NCBI GenBank assembly: GCA_051362555.1
Contig: CM120645.1
Location: 5,208,001 to 5,272,000, forward strand
Origin: Lingula anatina
Taxonomy: Eukaryota > Animalia > Brachiopoda
Direction: 5' to 3'
DNA: 64,000 nt
The position numbers and the translations under genes were made by a program. Positions 1 through 12,519 of the stretch are shown here, in pieces. Position 1 is the first letter of the stretch. The number at the start of each line of letters is the position of its first letter. A model generated the notes under the pieces. It searched no databases and was not told the origin of the DNA. It saw only the letters and a list, made by a program, of their open reading frames with translations.

Positions 1-183
1 TACGACGACACCATCGTATTTCGCCACCAACTGCCCTTTTCCAGCCAGACGAAACGTTGCCTGTAATATATCTCGACTTTGGTCCTTCCAGCCTTCCTTT
101 ACAAACATTTTCAACATGTCGTCTGCCTCAACAAATGTTCTTTTATCAAGGACTAACGGGGTTTTCGATGTGCTGCACATCAT
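1..183 (-). CDS. Exon 1 of a third YitH/HlmA-like GNAT acyltransferase paralogue; gene continues off the left edge of the window
   Basis: Not in the ORF track. The reverse complement of 183..1 reads MMCSTSKTPLVLDKRTFVEADDMLKMFVKEGWKDQSRDILQATFRLAGKGQLVAKYDGVVV. This aligns with exon 1 of the plus-strand paralogues (EGWKEFSLRMIQATLKISKDGWLIAEIDGKIVG). The window ends one base short of the equivalent phase-1 donor position. Confidence 0.85.
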   Translation of the reverse strand, partial: MMCSTSKTPLVLDKRTFVEADDMLKMFVKEGWKDQSRDILQATFRLAGKGQLVAKYDGVVV

Positions 184-283
184 GCTGCCTTACTTAATGT
201 GAATTTTGGTTCAATTGGCCCTTATATAGACTACACCAAACGTGTGGGTTTTTCCGTGTTTTGACGCAAGCAATTTCTACACA

Positions 284-833
284 TAACGTGTGGGACTTGA
301 CCTGTGACATCTGTATTTCCCACGCATAGGATTTCGTAAAGCGGGTTGGTCTCATTTACATCATTAGAACTTATATTTTTACTGTATAGTCAAATGTTCA
401 CAAGCTCAACGAAGCTCTGTTCTCGCTCAAAAGTTAAATAGGTCAGGTCCATATAGCTGAAAATTATCATTTATTAAATTGACGAAAAAATAATATGTTA
501 CAAAGCTACAAAAATGGAGGGGGATGATCAAAACAATATCAAATTTAACTAGGACCCATACATCCCCCCACACAATGGGGCAAAAAGATATGATACAAAG
601 TTATCAAAATGGGGAAATAAATAAATGTCCATGGCAACTGAACAGTATGAGGAAAAAACTAGATAACGCGTCTGGATAACTAGATAACGTGACTAGATGA
701 ACACGTCATATTATATTGTGAACATTTGACTATACAGTAAAGATATGAATTCTATTGATGTAAATGAGACCAACCCGCTTTGTGAAATCCTGTGTGTGAA
801 ACACAGATGTGACAGGTCAAGTCCCACATGTTA
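284..833. mobile_element. MITE-like element with ~120-bp imperfect terminal inverted repeats
   Basis: 284-403 (taacgtgtgggacttgacctgtgacatctg...gtcaaatgttcacaa) is the reverse complement, with scattered mismatches, of 716-833 (ttgtgaacatttgac...ggtcaagtcccacatgtta). No internal ORF. Confidence 0.75.
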
Positions 834-859
834 GGTTATGTTGCGTAATGCAATACCAG

Positions 860-877
860 TATATATATATATATAGG

Positions 878-944
<67 letters not shown>
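860..944. repeat. (TA)n microsatellite with one interruption
   Basis: Read directly. Confidence 0.95.
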
Positions 945-947
<3 letters not shown>

Positions 948-1078
948 CAATGGTGTCATATAATCCTGTTTAAGTTATATCTGTTCGAGTTAAAATAGGG
1001 CTTTGGTTGGTGAGCTTTTAGGTTCTAAGACACATAAAATACATTAAAGCCGGTTGAAAAGGTTTTCTTGTACATGGG

Positions 1079-1178
1079 TTATATCCCCACTTTGGTCTTT
1101 CCAACCCTTTTTTCCAGACATGTTCCAAATATAGTCTGCATCACCAGTTGTTTCTTTATCAAGGACTAGACATTTCAT
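1079..1178 (-). pseudogene. Truncated copy of GNAT exon 1
   Basis: Reads MKCLVLDKETTGDADYIWNMSGKKGWKDQSGDI, matching LVLDKRTFVEADDMLKMFVKEGWKDQSRDI of the 1..183 exon. Similarity then stops and the frame hits TAA shortly after. Confidence 0.65.
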
Positions 1179-1379
1179 GTATGGTGAAAAAGTAAACTTT
1201 GTTGTGATATATCCTGTTTTTTTTTTTTTTTTTTTTTTTAATTAATGTGCAAGTTTCCACCTACCACAAGCTGTCTATGGACATTATTGCGATAGCGGAG
1301 TTATCTGCCAGCTTTGATAAATGTTTACTATCGCATTAGCCACACCTACGTCATAGAATGTAATGGCCAAAAGAAAAGA

Positions 1380-1613
1380 ATGGCAGGACAGTGTGGAGTT
1401 CAATCGTATAGGATTCGCAAGGCGATCGCGAGTGATGATCGTATTATTTGTAACATAATATTCAACGAAGGTTGGAAAGAGTTCAGTCTGCGTATGATAC
1501 AGGCGACGTTGAAAATATCCAAGGATGGCTGGCTTATAGCTGAAATAGACGGGAAAATCGTCGGTAAAAAAGTTATAGAAATCGTAATACCTAACATAAG
1601 AACTTCGAAAAAG

Positions 1614-1652
<39 letters not shown>

Positions 1653-4652
1653 GTAAGCTGTGTTCAACACCTGATAATTATTACAGTGGCGGATTTAGAG
1701 GAGGGGGGTCAGGGGGGGCCTGACCCCCACCCCCTTCAATTTCGGACAATCCAATGGACCCCTCTTGAAATTTAAATTTTAACTAATCATAGTTCTAAAC
1801 CGTACCAAATTGCACCTTTCGCCCTCTCAAATACCAAATTTTTCCTTCATAGGGTCCCGAAACCGACGCCAAAGTCGGGTGTCAAACGGGTGTCTGCTTC
1901 GCATCGGCTGACCCCCCCCCCCCCCTTTCAAATAATCCTGGATCCGCCCCTGTTATTAGGTACAAAGTTAGTGGTGTTTCTTCTACATGTACGAAACAGT
2001 AACTCGAAACACGAGTGTCAGGTGATCTAGATTTAGACATATCACCCCTTTATGTTCGTAACACAAAGTGCCTACCCCTCTTTTTTCATATATTGTTTAA
2101 CGACCCCGTAAGTGCTTTCTGGTTTAATGACCATCTATAGGGCTGACCTTGTACCCGGTTTTCTTGGGCGACTAATGGTAACACAAGCGTGGTGTACTTA
2201 CCGGGGCTGCTTGAGGACAGTATCTAGGCCATGACCGCTTTTTATCAGAAAAGGGACAAAGTTAGTTGTGTTTCTTCTACATGCACGAAGCATCACCCCG
2301 AAACACCAGTGTCAGGTCATCTAGATCTATATTAAGAGTGCATCTACACTACAATCCTTTCAAACTGTTTTCCTTGGCGACTAATGGTAGTATGGTTTAT
2401 TTAAGTTGAAATACCGAAGAACCAGTCTTAATGTACTACTACTAGTAATACATTTCTACCCTAGTCATTTTAGCCATAAGATGTTCTAATTTAAAAAAAG
2501 ATGTAAAAGTTTTTCGTTTTTAAGTCTAATTTATTATTATCTGCCGTAGTTTAAACCTCGCTTAAGGTTATTGTGACCCTTTCTTATTATCCAGCTACCG
2601 AAAATGAGTTTTTTCCTGCATCTAATTATTCAATAATACATCTGTCTTTGTGCTGATTTAAAACAATGAAAATAAAACTCGAAAATATGAAACATCGGCG
2701 TTTATATTTCTTGATGCAATGTAAAAGCATAGGCAACTCAAAGTTTTAATCTGTCAATTTTACATCTTTCTATTTTGAGGTGAGATAGCAATTTGGTATG
2801 GGTGTAACTTAATCCCTAAACAAGATTTTATCACGATTTGCAAATTGGCAGAGTTGACCACGAGTGTATTAGCTATAGTCATGTGCCGTCATTTTGGTTT
2901 AAATGTTTTTGATATGGAGTATGAGCCCCTAATTACAAATTTTCATTTAACAAAGGCATTATTTTGCTTAATCGACGATAAAGTCTGAACTAATACTTCT
3001 ACGAAAAATCGATGACAGGGTTTTGGAGTACTAAATGGTGTTCGTGGGTGCTCAAATATAGGAGAAGATTAAGAAACAGATTTTTCAGTTTTTATCCCAA
3101 AGTCACTGAACACTGAAGATTTATCTGTTACCCAAAAGAATGTATGTAATCCAGTAATTAAGGAGTTTTGGTCGAAGGGTAACGATACTCTTAAATAAAC
3201 AACCATTGAGTTGTCTAAGGCATTTAAGCCCAGACAGACCCAAGATTTGCCTTCATGAGCGTTTCATTGCGTGAAGAAGTACTTACAGATACTGGTACAT
3301 AGCGTTGTTATTACCCGCACAAAACTACACACACTGGACAATAGAAGTGTCACCCCCTGAATCAGAGTAATCAAAGTTATAATGCCTGGTCTGCTTATAA
3401 TGTGACTAATGAGTATAAAACCGCTGTACCATGGAATTGTATTGTTGGTCTTTTTGTGAAATTTGATGTTAATAAAATGATACCAGAAGCATATCATTCC
3501 ACGGTCATTTATCTTCCCAAAGTATTGGTTCAGTAGGGGTGACACTTCTATTGTCCAGTGTGTGTAGTTAAAATATTTAATCTCTATATAAACGACTTAT
3601 TTTAATAATTTAATTAAAATACTTTTTCACCCTTTCTATAGGTATTGTGCTTGTGACAGATCTAAATGAAAGTAAACTAATCGAATGCTTCATCGTCAGA
3701 CCGGAGCACCGAGGAAAAGGCATCGGTGAGTGATTCTTGGGGTTATTATGAAGGTATCAAGAACTGGATTGAAATGCTTAACAAGTCTGTGTCAACAATG
3801 AATCGAAAACAATGGCAATTTCACAATTTCACCAACATGGATGCCAGGTTGCTGTAACGTTACATTGCGTTAGTCGCCTGTTGTCACTTAAATTGTTTCA
3901 CTCGGAAAATGCAAATATTATAGTGGAAGAGAATTATGTATCATGGTCTCATAATGCTGATTCAAATAAAATGTATACACTGCTAACGTTTCTTTTCTTT
4001 TTTTTTTTTTATTTCTTGTTTCCCAGGGCGAGCTTTATTAGATGCGATTGAAGAGACGTACGGGAATAAAAATCTAAGGGTTATTTCCCTTCTTGAAATT
4101 GCGCCAATGTATACCAAATGGGGGTACCTCAGATCACGGCATGGGCCAATGAGTTTATGTCGCATTTCCAAGCGTGATATTCCAGTCCCAACTGGTGTCG
4201 AAACTCAGTACGACATAAAAGATTACGTGGATGTCGATTGGGAAAAGTTGCTGGAATACGATTCTTCCGTTCATGTTACTCCAAGGGAAAGAGTCCTCAA
4301 AGCTTGGTTTAAAATAGAAGGATCTGTGACCAGATTAGTACTTCAAAGCGGCGAGGTTGTTGGTTTTGGCTGTATTCAACCTGTTCCACACGGGTTCGTG
4401 CTAGGCCCTCTCTATGCAGATGACCAAAACGCTTGTTTCTTTCTGCTGAAACATCTCGTTTCTTTCCTACCCCAAAACGCAGCCGTGTTTCTTCTTATCC
4501 GCGATGACAGTGAATTCGGTAAGCAAATAATAGATTGTGACAAGACCACATATGAATGGAAAGGAGTAGCAATGGAAAAATCAGCTACTTCTTCCATACA
4601 AAACTATAGCAAAGTTCTGGCACTGATGCCTATTTTGATTAGTCTTGCTTAA
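1380..4652 (+). CDS. YitH/HlmA (holothin acyltransferase)-like two-domain GNAT acyltransferase, 297 aa
   Basis: Exons 1380-1563, 3642-3725 and 4027-4652, with GT-AG introns both in phase 1 (894 nt). Acetyl-CoA motif A VRPEHRGKGIGRALL, then MYTKWGY. C-terminal domain has LLEYD...PRERVL...GFGCIQP...LGPLYADD. Confidence 0.9.
1684..1952. mobile_element. Non-autonomous DNA transposon with CAGTGGCGGAT...GGATCCGCCCCTG ends
   Basis: Short TIRs plus internal inverted GGGGGG.TCAG/CTGACCCCCC arms. Flanked by the direct repeat ttatta (1678-1683 and 1953-1958). Lies in GNAT intron 1. Confidence 0.7.
1962..2389. repeat. Diverged local tandem duplication in GNAT intron 1
   Basis: acaaagttagtggtgtttcttctacatgtacgaa...gtgtcaggtgatctagat (~1962-2032) recurs at ~2257-2327. 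ttggg/cgactaatggta (~2164-2180) recurs at ~2374-2389. Confidence 0.7.
3326..3567. mobile_element. Tc1/mariner-like MITE (~240 bp) with perfect 29-bp TIRs and TA target duplication
   Basis: TA-cacacactggacaatagaagtgtcacccc ... ggggtgacacttctattgtccagtgtgtg-TA. Confidence 0.85.
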
Positions 4653-6495
4653 TTTTATGACATTTTTGGCATCATATCTTAGCTACAAATTCTATAAATT
4701 AAACATATGAAAACTAGGGGCTCCGATTAGCAGATTAACTTTGGGATAGGACGCCATTTTATAAACGCTGGCCATCTTAATTTGTGATCCTAGTCAGATC
4801 TGTTGTCTGTAATGTTGGATATCGGTTTTAAGAAAAAGGCGTAAATTGACATAAAACATCTTTTCAAGACGGCAAAGATTTTTTTCTTTTTGAGATTATG
4901 TGTACGCACATAGGGGAATATAACCAAATAAGAGAGACGAAGTCTGGTAACCATTGTGATTGTTACAGAATGATCATCATGATGATCTCTTTCTCAAAAC
5001 TAACTTTGTTTATCTGCATATATAACAGAGAATGATTGCCACTCAATCCTCTGTAATAGGACGAAAATATCAGTAATCTTTCCTAAGTCTCAACTGAAAC
5101 TTGATTGACACTAGTCGCAACGAGATGGGATTAGTTTGACACCAGGTGCTCCGAAAACCGTGAAAAGATCTAGGCCCTGTCCTTACAGCAATACAAAATT
5201 GGGGAACCTCCACCAATTCCATAATTGTGTTATCATATTTAGTCAGCATGTTATCATTCAATTGGCTGCAGTCTTGCATGAACAGTTAACATGCTCTGTG
5301 AGGGTGTGTACCCTCTACCAAGGCCGCAGTCATTATTGTGGACTTTTTTTGCTGAATCGACTGAGAGCCAAAATGACTATCTATAGACATATCTATGGAA
5401 AATCAATCTGTTGCCCTGGTAGAGGATATATATGCCAACTACAGATGCAAGAGTTAAATCTGATAAGTAGGCTAGAAACCCTCACCTGTTAATATTGCAA
5501 AACGATTATTATGTAAATCAGTTGAAGTCACTGTGCCACGTATATTCGTTTCCATTTGTATAGATAAAATGTATAAAATGTGCATTATGTACAGAATAAA
5601 GTGACTTTTGATTCGGCACTGAAGGTGAGATGTTGTTTGTTATGCTTCTCTGTGCACTTGAAGTGGAAGACAGCATGAGTCCAATCTGGAGTCATGTCGG
5701 AGTCCTTATATCACGCTTAATTCGTTGATGAAATTTGATTCACTGAAATTCAGTGCAATTATTTAAAAAAAAAATGAAAATTGCCAATTCTTATAAAATC
5801 AATTCATTTTATTAGGTGTGACTAGCATTTCGAGCAACAGTGTACACTCTTTCCATATGAGCCGCCATTTTAAACTCAAAATAATCCCATAGTGCTCTGT
5901 ACAACGGCAATATGTAAACAGGCCCCACAAGTTGTCAAGTATCATTCTTTACGAATAAAATTGGGCAAATCATTTAGAGACAATAAAAGATTTTTATAGA
6001 AAAAAGGGAAATCTTTGACCTTGTTAGAGGTTGTCCAGGTAGAAAATACGTTTTCTCTGGGTGCAACATTCATTTGTTAAGATGATATTGTATGAGGGAT
6101 GAATGACAAGCACAGGCAAATTACTCATTTTGTGGCTCAGTATAACTAAAAAACGTACCAATGGTGAAAGTAATACTCAATAACTATTTTAATGCACTGT
6201 TGCATCACTCAAGGAATAAAAAAAAACAACTTGTGTTGGAGATTTACAGGTGTATACACATTTACACACAAACAATATATTGTTCAAGTTTAAGTGTTGT
6301 ATTTGTAGATCATCAGTATGCGCGCCGTAATAACGGAAAGACATGGTAATGGAATAAAGCAGCACGTGTACTATTACATGTAGTGCGCTGGGATTTAGCA
6401 ATTTGCATTTACCTGCATATCACGACTCAACATCAACCCAACAACAAAAATATTGTGACCCAATTTGAAGTTTCGACGAATTATCAGCCTCGAGC

Positions 6496-8173
6496 ATGGC
6501 AGTGCCTAAAAACGAGAACTGTTTCAAGATTCGTCAGGCAACATCTGATGACGTCGAGGAAATTTGGAAAATAGTGAAACAAGAAGGATGGGCAAGCTGC
6601 AGTTTTCAAGTTACTCGCGCTGTTATTGAAATAGCCGAGGACGGTTGGTTTGTGGCAGAACAAGATGGCGAAATTCTGGGTGAAAACATGAAAAAGTTAC
6701 TTACATGTAGGCCCTACGAGATTTCGTTTGCTCAATCGTTGTGAGAAATGGAACTCTTGTACATCATGCCTTTTCATTTCTCCCTTTAAAATGTGACCAA
6801 TTTGAAGTCGTAAGTTAGGGAACGAATAATTTTAATGAGAAGTTGACCCATGTTGAAGATGTATATGCTCTGCTTACATAGAGTTCTGTCAGACTGAAGG
6901 TCAGTTACACACCTGTTGGTAGTGACACTTGACCATCTTTCTATAGGGGTTCTCAAAGGTTTGTTTGCAAAGTTGTGCGACAAATGACCTATGACCAAAA
7001 GTTCATCACAGAAGAATTGTCCGGGAGGGGAAATTTCCCAGGTAAGGAATTGGGAATGTTTAAAATTGAATGTCAAATCTGTATATCAGAAAGTGTGCGT
7101 ATATTTATATAACTGCAGGTTTTGTTATGGGATACAATATCAATGAAACAACTAGCTTCCTTGGCTTCCTGATAGTTAAACCAGAACATAGAGGGAAATA
7201 CATTGGTGAGTTTTACTCATGGTAGGCACGTCGGTTTTAATTTTATGAATGTATTAACGCCATTCCACCAACAAAATATGCCTCATAATCACACAGGTTC
7301 CCATAGTACCAGTTTTAACTAGCGATTCAAAAAATCCAAACACGTCTTGTCATTTAGGCCACATAAGCGAGCACTTTGTTAGTTTATTTTACTTTTGAGA
7401 ATAATTAGCCAATTTAAATTTTAAGATTAACAAAAATTACCATTTGCCATTGGCAGTTTACTGTAACAGTTGCAAAACGTTGTTTTCCAACTGTTAACGT
7501 GTACATGTTGTTGTATTCCAAATTCATTTTGCAACTGTCAGGAAAAGCACTCTTGAATGGAGTAGGAAGCTATATGGGCGACAGAAGAATCAGCTTTGTT
7601 GCTATTTTGCAAGTTGAACCAATGTATGTAAAACTTGGCTACACCAGATCTCCACGTGGAGGTGTGAATCTCTACAGCCTCCAGTTGAGAAATATGCCCA
7701 TTCCTCAAGAAGCTAAAGTCGACTACGAATTAAAGGATTACGTTGAGGTGAGCTGGAAAGATTTGCTGGACTACGACACCTCTTTTCATATTATTCCCAG
7801 AGAGCGGGTCCTCAAGGTTTGGTTTGAGATACCAGAATCCAAGACCAAGGTCATTCAGCAGAATGGAAAAATTGTTGGCTACGGAACAATAAAACCTGTT
7901 CCAAGTGGTCATGTCATTGGTCCTCTCTATGCAGATACCACAGCAGCTTGTATGATTCTGTTGAATTATTTTGCTGCTGCTATACCGGGCAATTCTAAGG
8001 TGTTATTTATTATGCCAACGGCCAGTGAAGATGGTAAAAGGCTGTTAGAATACAATAAGGATACTTTAATTGTTGTCTGGAAGGGTGTATTTATGGAAAA
8101 GAAACAAGCCCCTAGTTTCTCAAAGCTTCATAAAGTTGTGGCAATATTTGATTCTTCTATTTGCTTTTTATAA
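6496..8173 (+). CDS. YitH/HlmA-like two-domain GNAT acyltransferase, paralogue 2, 300 aa
   Basis: Exons 6496-6679, 7119-7205 and 7542-8173, with the same intron positions and phases as paralogue 1 (903 nt). Motifs FKIRQATSDD, EGW, VKPEHRGKYIGKALL, LLDYD, PRERVL, IGPLYAD. Confidence 0.9.
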
Positions 8174-9598
8174 GAAGTATAGCTATACTGATAAAATTAT
8201 TGAAATCTTTTTTCAATAATCAACGGAGAATAAGTAGAAAACACGATAAAGGAAGACATTTGACATCTTCATGTAGAGTTATCTGCCGTACAATGACAAT
8301 GACAGGAGAAATGTTGTAAGAGACAGACAACAACAGACGACAACAATAAGGACATTTTTTCTGGCAGAGGTGGGGCATTATGCAAAAGGTTTTGCGTTAC
8401 GCCTTTTGAAAAAAAAATAGAAAAATAGGCTCTTATTATCAATTGATTGCATCTGATGATTAATAGTAACTCGATGGCTGGGATGTGTCCTCTGTTCACA
8501 CACTGTTGTCTTTAAATTCCATAAAATGATATATGTTTCGCCAATATCTTATACTTGTTTTATTACTTTTCATAATCTTGTATCCTTTTAAGATCATGCA
8601 GATCTTATCTCGGTGATGTAATTATCATGTCTCATTTTCTCTTGTTTACAAAATAGCGCCCTATATCAAACGTGTAGCCTAGCATTTTTCTTAATCTGCT
8701 ATTCAGAGCCCATTCACGTACAAACGACCTCATAACTTTTTGTTAAAACGAAAGGTAATTTATTATTATTATTTGCGTATCCGGTGAAAATATTTCTAGG
8801 TTTCATTTTCGTTTTAAGAAAGAAAATACACTGATAATACTTATTTTAAGAACACCATGTGGTAATGACATAACAGTGCTGTCTTCATCTTTTGGCAACA
8901 GAGAGATTACTGATGAGCTGTAAGTGCTAAAACATTCGCTGGATTACAGTTTGTGACTCTAAAAAGATAGAACAGCGTATAACAACGGCCCAATTTTACA
9001 AATTACATTTTATTTCCAAGCAGCCCAAATCGCCTGACAACTCAGCGAAGACTTTATAAGAGGTCTGTTCAACCATATAATACATGCGTGTAGCAACATA
9101 TACATTATTGTAAAAAATCAAGTACCCCATATTATTATAGTGTGATCTAGATTAGATTAGAAGGAAGAAAACTCAAATAAATAAAGATGAACCGGACATT
9201 CGTTTCCTCTCCAGACTCTCCAAAATAGTTACGCTAGTGCTAATCATTACAGTTTAACATTCAGTGAAACAGATTAGACGTCCAGTGTCGGGATAACAGC
9301 TCCATCCCCATCCTAACTCAGCCCCAATGCGTTGGGCATTTTAGATACGCACTCCCCAACGTTAGGTGGTATCTCTTTAGTTCTTCATACCAAAACCCGA
9401 TTCAGTTACTTAAAAACGGTTTAAAAATGCATCGTGGTTGCAATGTGCGCCTCTAAGCATTCTCCTCATGAATTTTTAATGTCTGCTGTAGGACCGCCAA
9501 AATGACCCTGCGCTTTGACTCCTTTATATCAGCTACAACCCCTGATAACCTATGCAGCTTTACGTAAGCCCGACCCGCCGCATTTTCAAATGATATAA

Positions 9599-10972
9599 TT
9601 ATTCTTCATTGTCATGTCCAATATCATCTGTAAGATTGTAATTGAACAGTCGGCCATCGGCTCCATAGTAGTTGTACCATAGTTTAGCCACGTCAGCCTT
9701 GGAAATCAGTCTGAAATAATCCAGCCAAACGTTTTCGGAGTGTGTTGGTTTCCTATCGTTGGTTGGATACTGAAGCCCAGACTTGGCACGAATCATCTTA
9801 AGTACCATGCTGACGTCACGACCCACGGTCTCGTGACGGGCGATGACGTCATAATGAACAGAACACGGGAAACAAATCTCATGAAAGGCTTTAAAATGAA
9901 TATCGATCTGGTGATGTGGTTCGTGTCTGAAATTCGCCAAGTATTTCACAAAAGCAGCAAAGGACCAGTTACCTGTTCGTCTCACTTCGTTCGTGACGTT
10001 CTTTTCGTAACGGGAAATCTCTCTGGCGAGGAGTCTTGTGTAATATTTATTACCTCCTTCTATTTTATCTCGGTATGCCGAAACCAATCGTTCTAATGGA
10101 TGACGTACTGGTACGAACTTGAGATAATATTTGAGTCGAAACTTTATTCCGAAATCAGAGAAAGTGTCTAGACTACGTAATCTTGGTCTGTAACCCAAGT
10201 ATACAATTTGACCGTCAATAGTTGCATATTTGTCAGCATCAAGATTTGCAGTCAAAGCGCTCAATAGTCGATAAAAGTTGATGCAACCAACTTTTGGAAT
10301 GGCACAGAGGAGGAGCCGGTGACGGTCATCAACGAATATATTTCGAAGAGTCATGTTCCGAGTAATAGTTTGGTTTACATGTATGAATGGATCTTTCGAA
10401 GCTGCGCATGCTCTCTCTAGCTTATTTCGTCTGGTTGCCATTTCATCTTTCCAACTTTCAGGGACATTAGCCCAGACTGCATGCTGCAATGTCGGTAATT
10501 GGAATGAGAGAGAGATAGTGAGAGAGGCAGTGCAGTTAAATCGGGAACAATTAGAACCAGCGATAGTCTGCATGCTTCAATGTCGGTAATTGGAATGAGA
10601 GAGAGAGAGAGAGAGAGAATGCCATGCAACCGTGCAGTGAAGTCCGGACTAATTAGAACCCGAGACGGATATTGCTTATTTACAAATTATCAGGCGAAGA
10701 AGTAGTATTAGAATAGTATTAGAAGAAGAAGAAGATAAAGGGAAAAATTCATGTAGAATGTGTGTGTAAGTACACCTTACCTTTGGGTGGTATTTAACTC
10801 CTTTGAATGAGCCAAGATCCTTCATATTTCCTCTTGTATATTTGGGCATCAGCGTAACTTGGCCAATACTTTGTAGTGTAAAATTTTGGTAGCATAGAAG
10901 GATTACGCATAGCCCTACAAGACACATACGTGCGATGACGAATCTATTTATATCAACAAACTGAACATCCAT
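9599..10972 (-). CDS. Carbohydrate sulfotransferase 11-like (Sulfotransfer_2, HNK-1ST/C4ST family), type II Golgi membrane protein, ~358 aa
   Basis: Exon 10972-10781 carries an N-terminal TM segment (MCLVGLCVILLCY) and a phase-0 donor; exon 10483-9599 follows. 5'-PSB motif CAIPKVGC, 3'-PB motif VRHPLERLVSAYRDK, C-terminal CFPCSVHYDVIARHET and YYGADGRLFNY. Confidence 0.9.
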
Positions 10973-12519
10973 TGTTGGTCAAAGGGCAGGCACAGCAGAA
11001 CAATCAATTTTCCTGATACAGCTCTCGAAGAATGCAGGATGGTGGAAGAACCTACGCTGTGTTCTGTGGGAAAAATATGTTTATCAATTTTATAAAAAAT
11101 TGTTGACTTCAGTCTTTCTGATATTGGTATTGCTTAAGGGTAAAAAGTGAATTGAGGTTAAATTTATATATATTGAACATGAGCAGCTTTAAGCACAACC
11201 TCTCGTCCCCGTCCCCAACCTTTCGTCCCCAAAGATGCAGACATGGTCAAAATAGGGACAAAATTACGTTCTGTACACCCACTTAAGTCTTAAGCTTGTA
11301 ATATATGAGTCACGTAATTGAGAGGGGGGATTGGTGAATTTCACTCCTGAAGGTAAAAATAAACATATTCATGTCAAAAACGTCCGTCATTTTCTCAACA
11401 GTTTTCCAAACGGCATGCATTTGTTGATTAAGAGTAAATTGATGAAAATTCAAGGGAAATAAATAATTTTAAGGTCAAATTAAATATTCTGCAAAATTCA
11501 TTGTTTAAAAACTTTTACTACTTCTTTTCACAAACAGTACTTTCATATGGGTTGTTATTATTATTATGGTCAGCGACATTTAGGAACTGAATAATCTGTC
11601 ATGATTTAGCCTTATAATCACACTTGCAGCAGCTGTTGACGACTTTATTTAATAACACATTTTATATCAGTTTTTTTTTTTCGTATGTTTGCTGCTTGCT
11701 GGATAGCTGGATATCCTTCAATTATTTTCATAGAAAAAATTCTCAGTCCCTATCACTGATGTGAAATTTAGTATTTGTCCTTCGGAATACCGTTAAAGAC
11801 CATAGTAAAATGCTTTGCAGCTCTCTCATAACATCCAAGCAAATCTGTTCACGGAACCGTTTTACCGCAGACATTTCCCAAACATTCTATAACAGGTAGT
11901 TACCGCCCACGGCGAGAAGGCGCTACAACCGGGAACATGTTTTTGTTCTTTATCTATGCTTTTTTATTGTGAGCTCTACCACCCTAATTACTTCGTGGCC
12001 TGTAAACTCCTAAGTGTACTTTTATAATTCAGGTTAATAGTACATGTACTAAAAAAGTGTCTGAAGTTATATTAGATATTGCCGTCATGCCTTGTTGAAA
12101 TCTTATATATTTCTTTTTTAAAAGGTAAAACTAACAAAGTTATTTAAGGTAGGGCTCAATAAAAAGTTTTTAGGCGATTAACTAGAAGACCATTATAAAC
12201 CACTACATAATAATGCAGGTGGTAAACATTTGTTTGTCGACAATTCATTTCAGTTAATGGACATAATTTATACATATTCTTCTAGTGGTTTTATAATCTC
12301 ATAAAGTTAAGAAGTCCAGTTTAATACCCACCGATGGTTTATATTCTGATTGCCCATTTTGATATGTCTTTTTTTTATCCTAACAAGGCTAATACTGTAC
12401 AAACCGCAGCTGCGAATAAACTATGAAGTTTGTAACTTACAAGTTGCATTTGGAATTAGCTACTTTACTCAGTCACATGACTGCGTGTTCAAAGCAAATA
12501 TACGTCAACCCCCCCCTCC

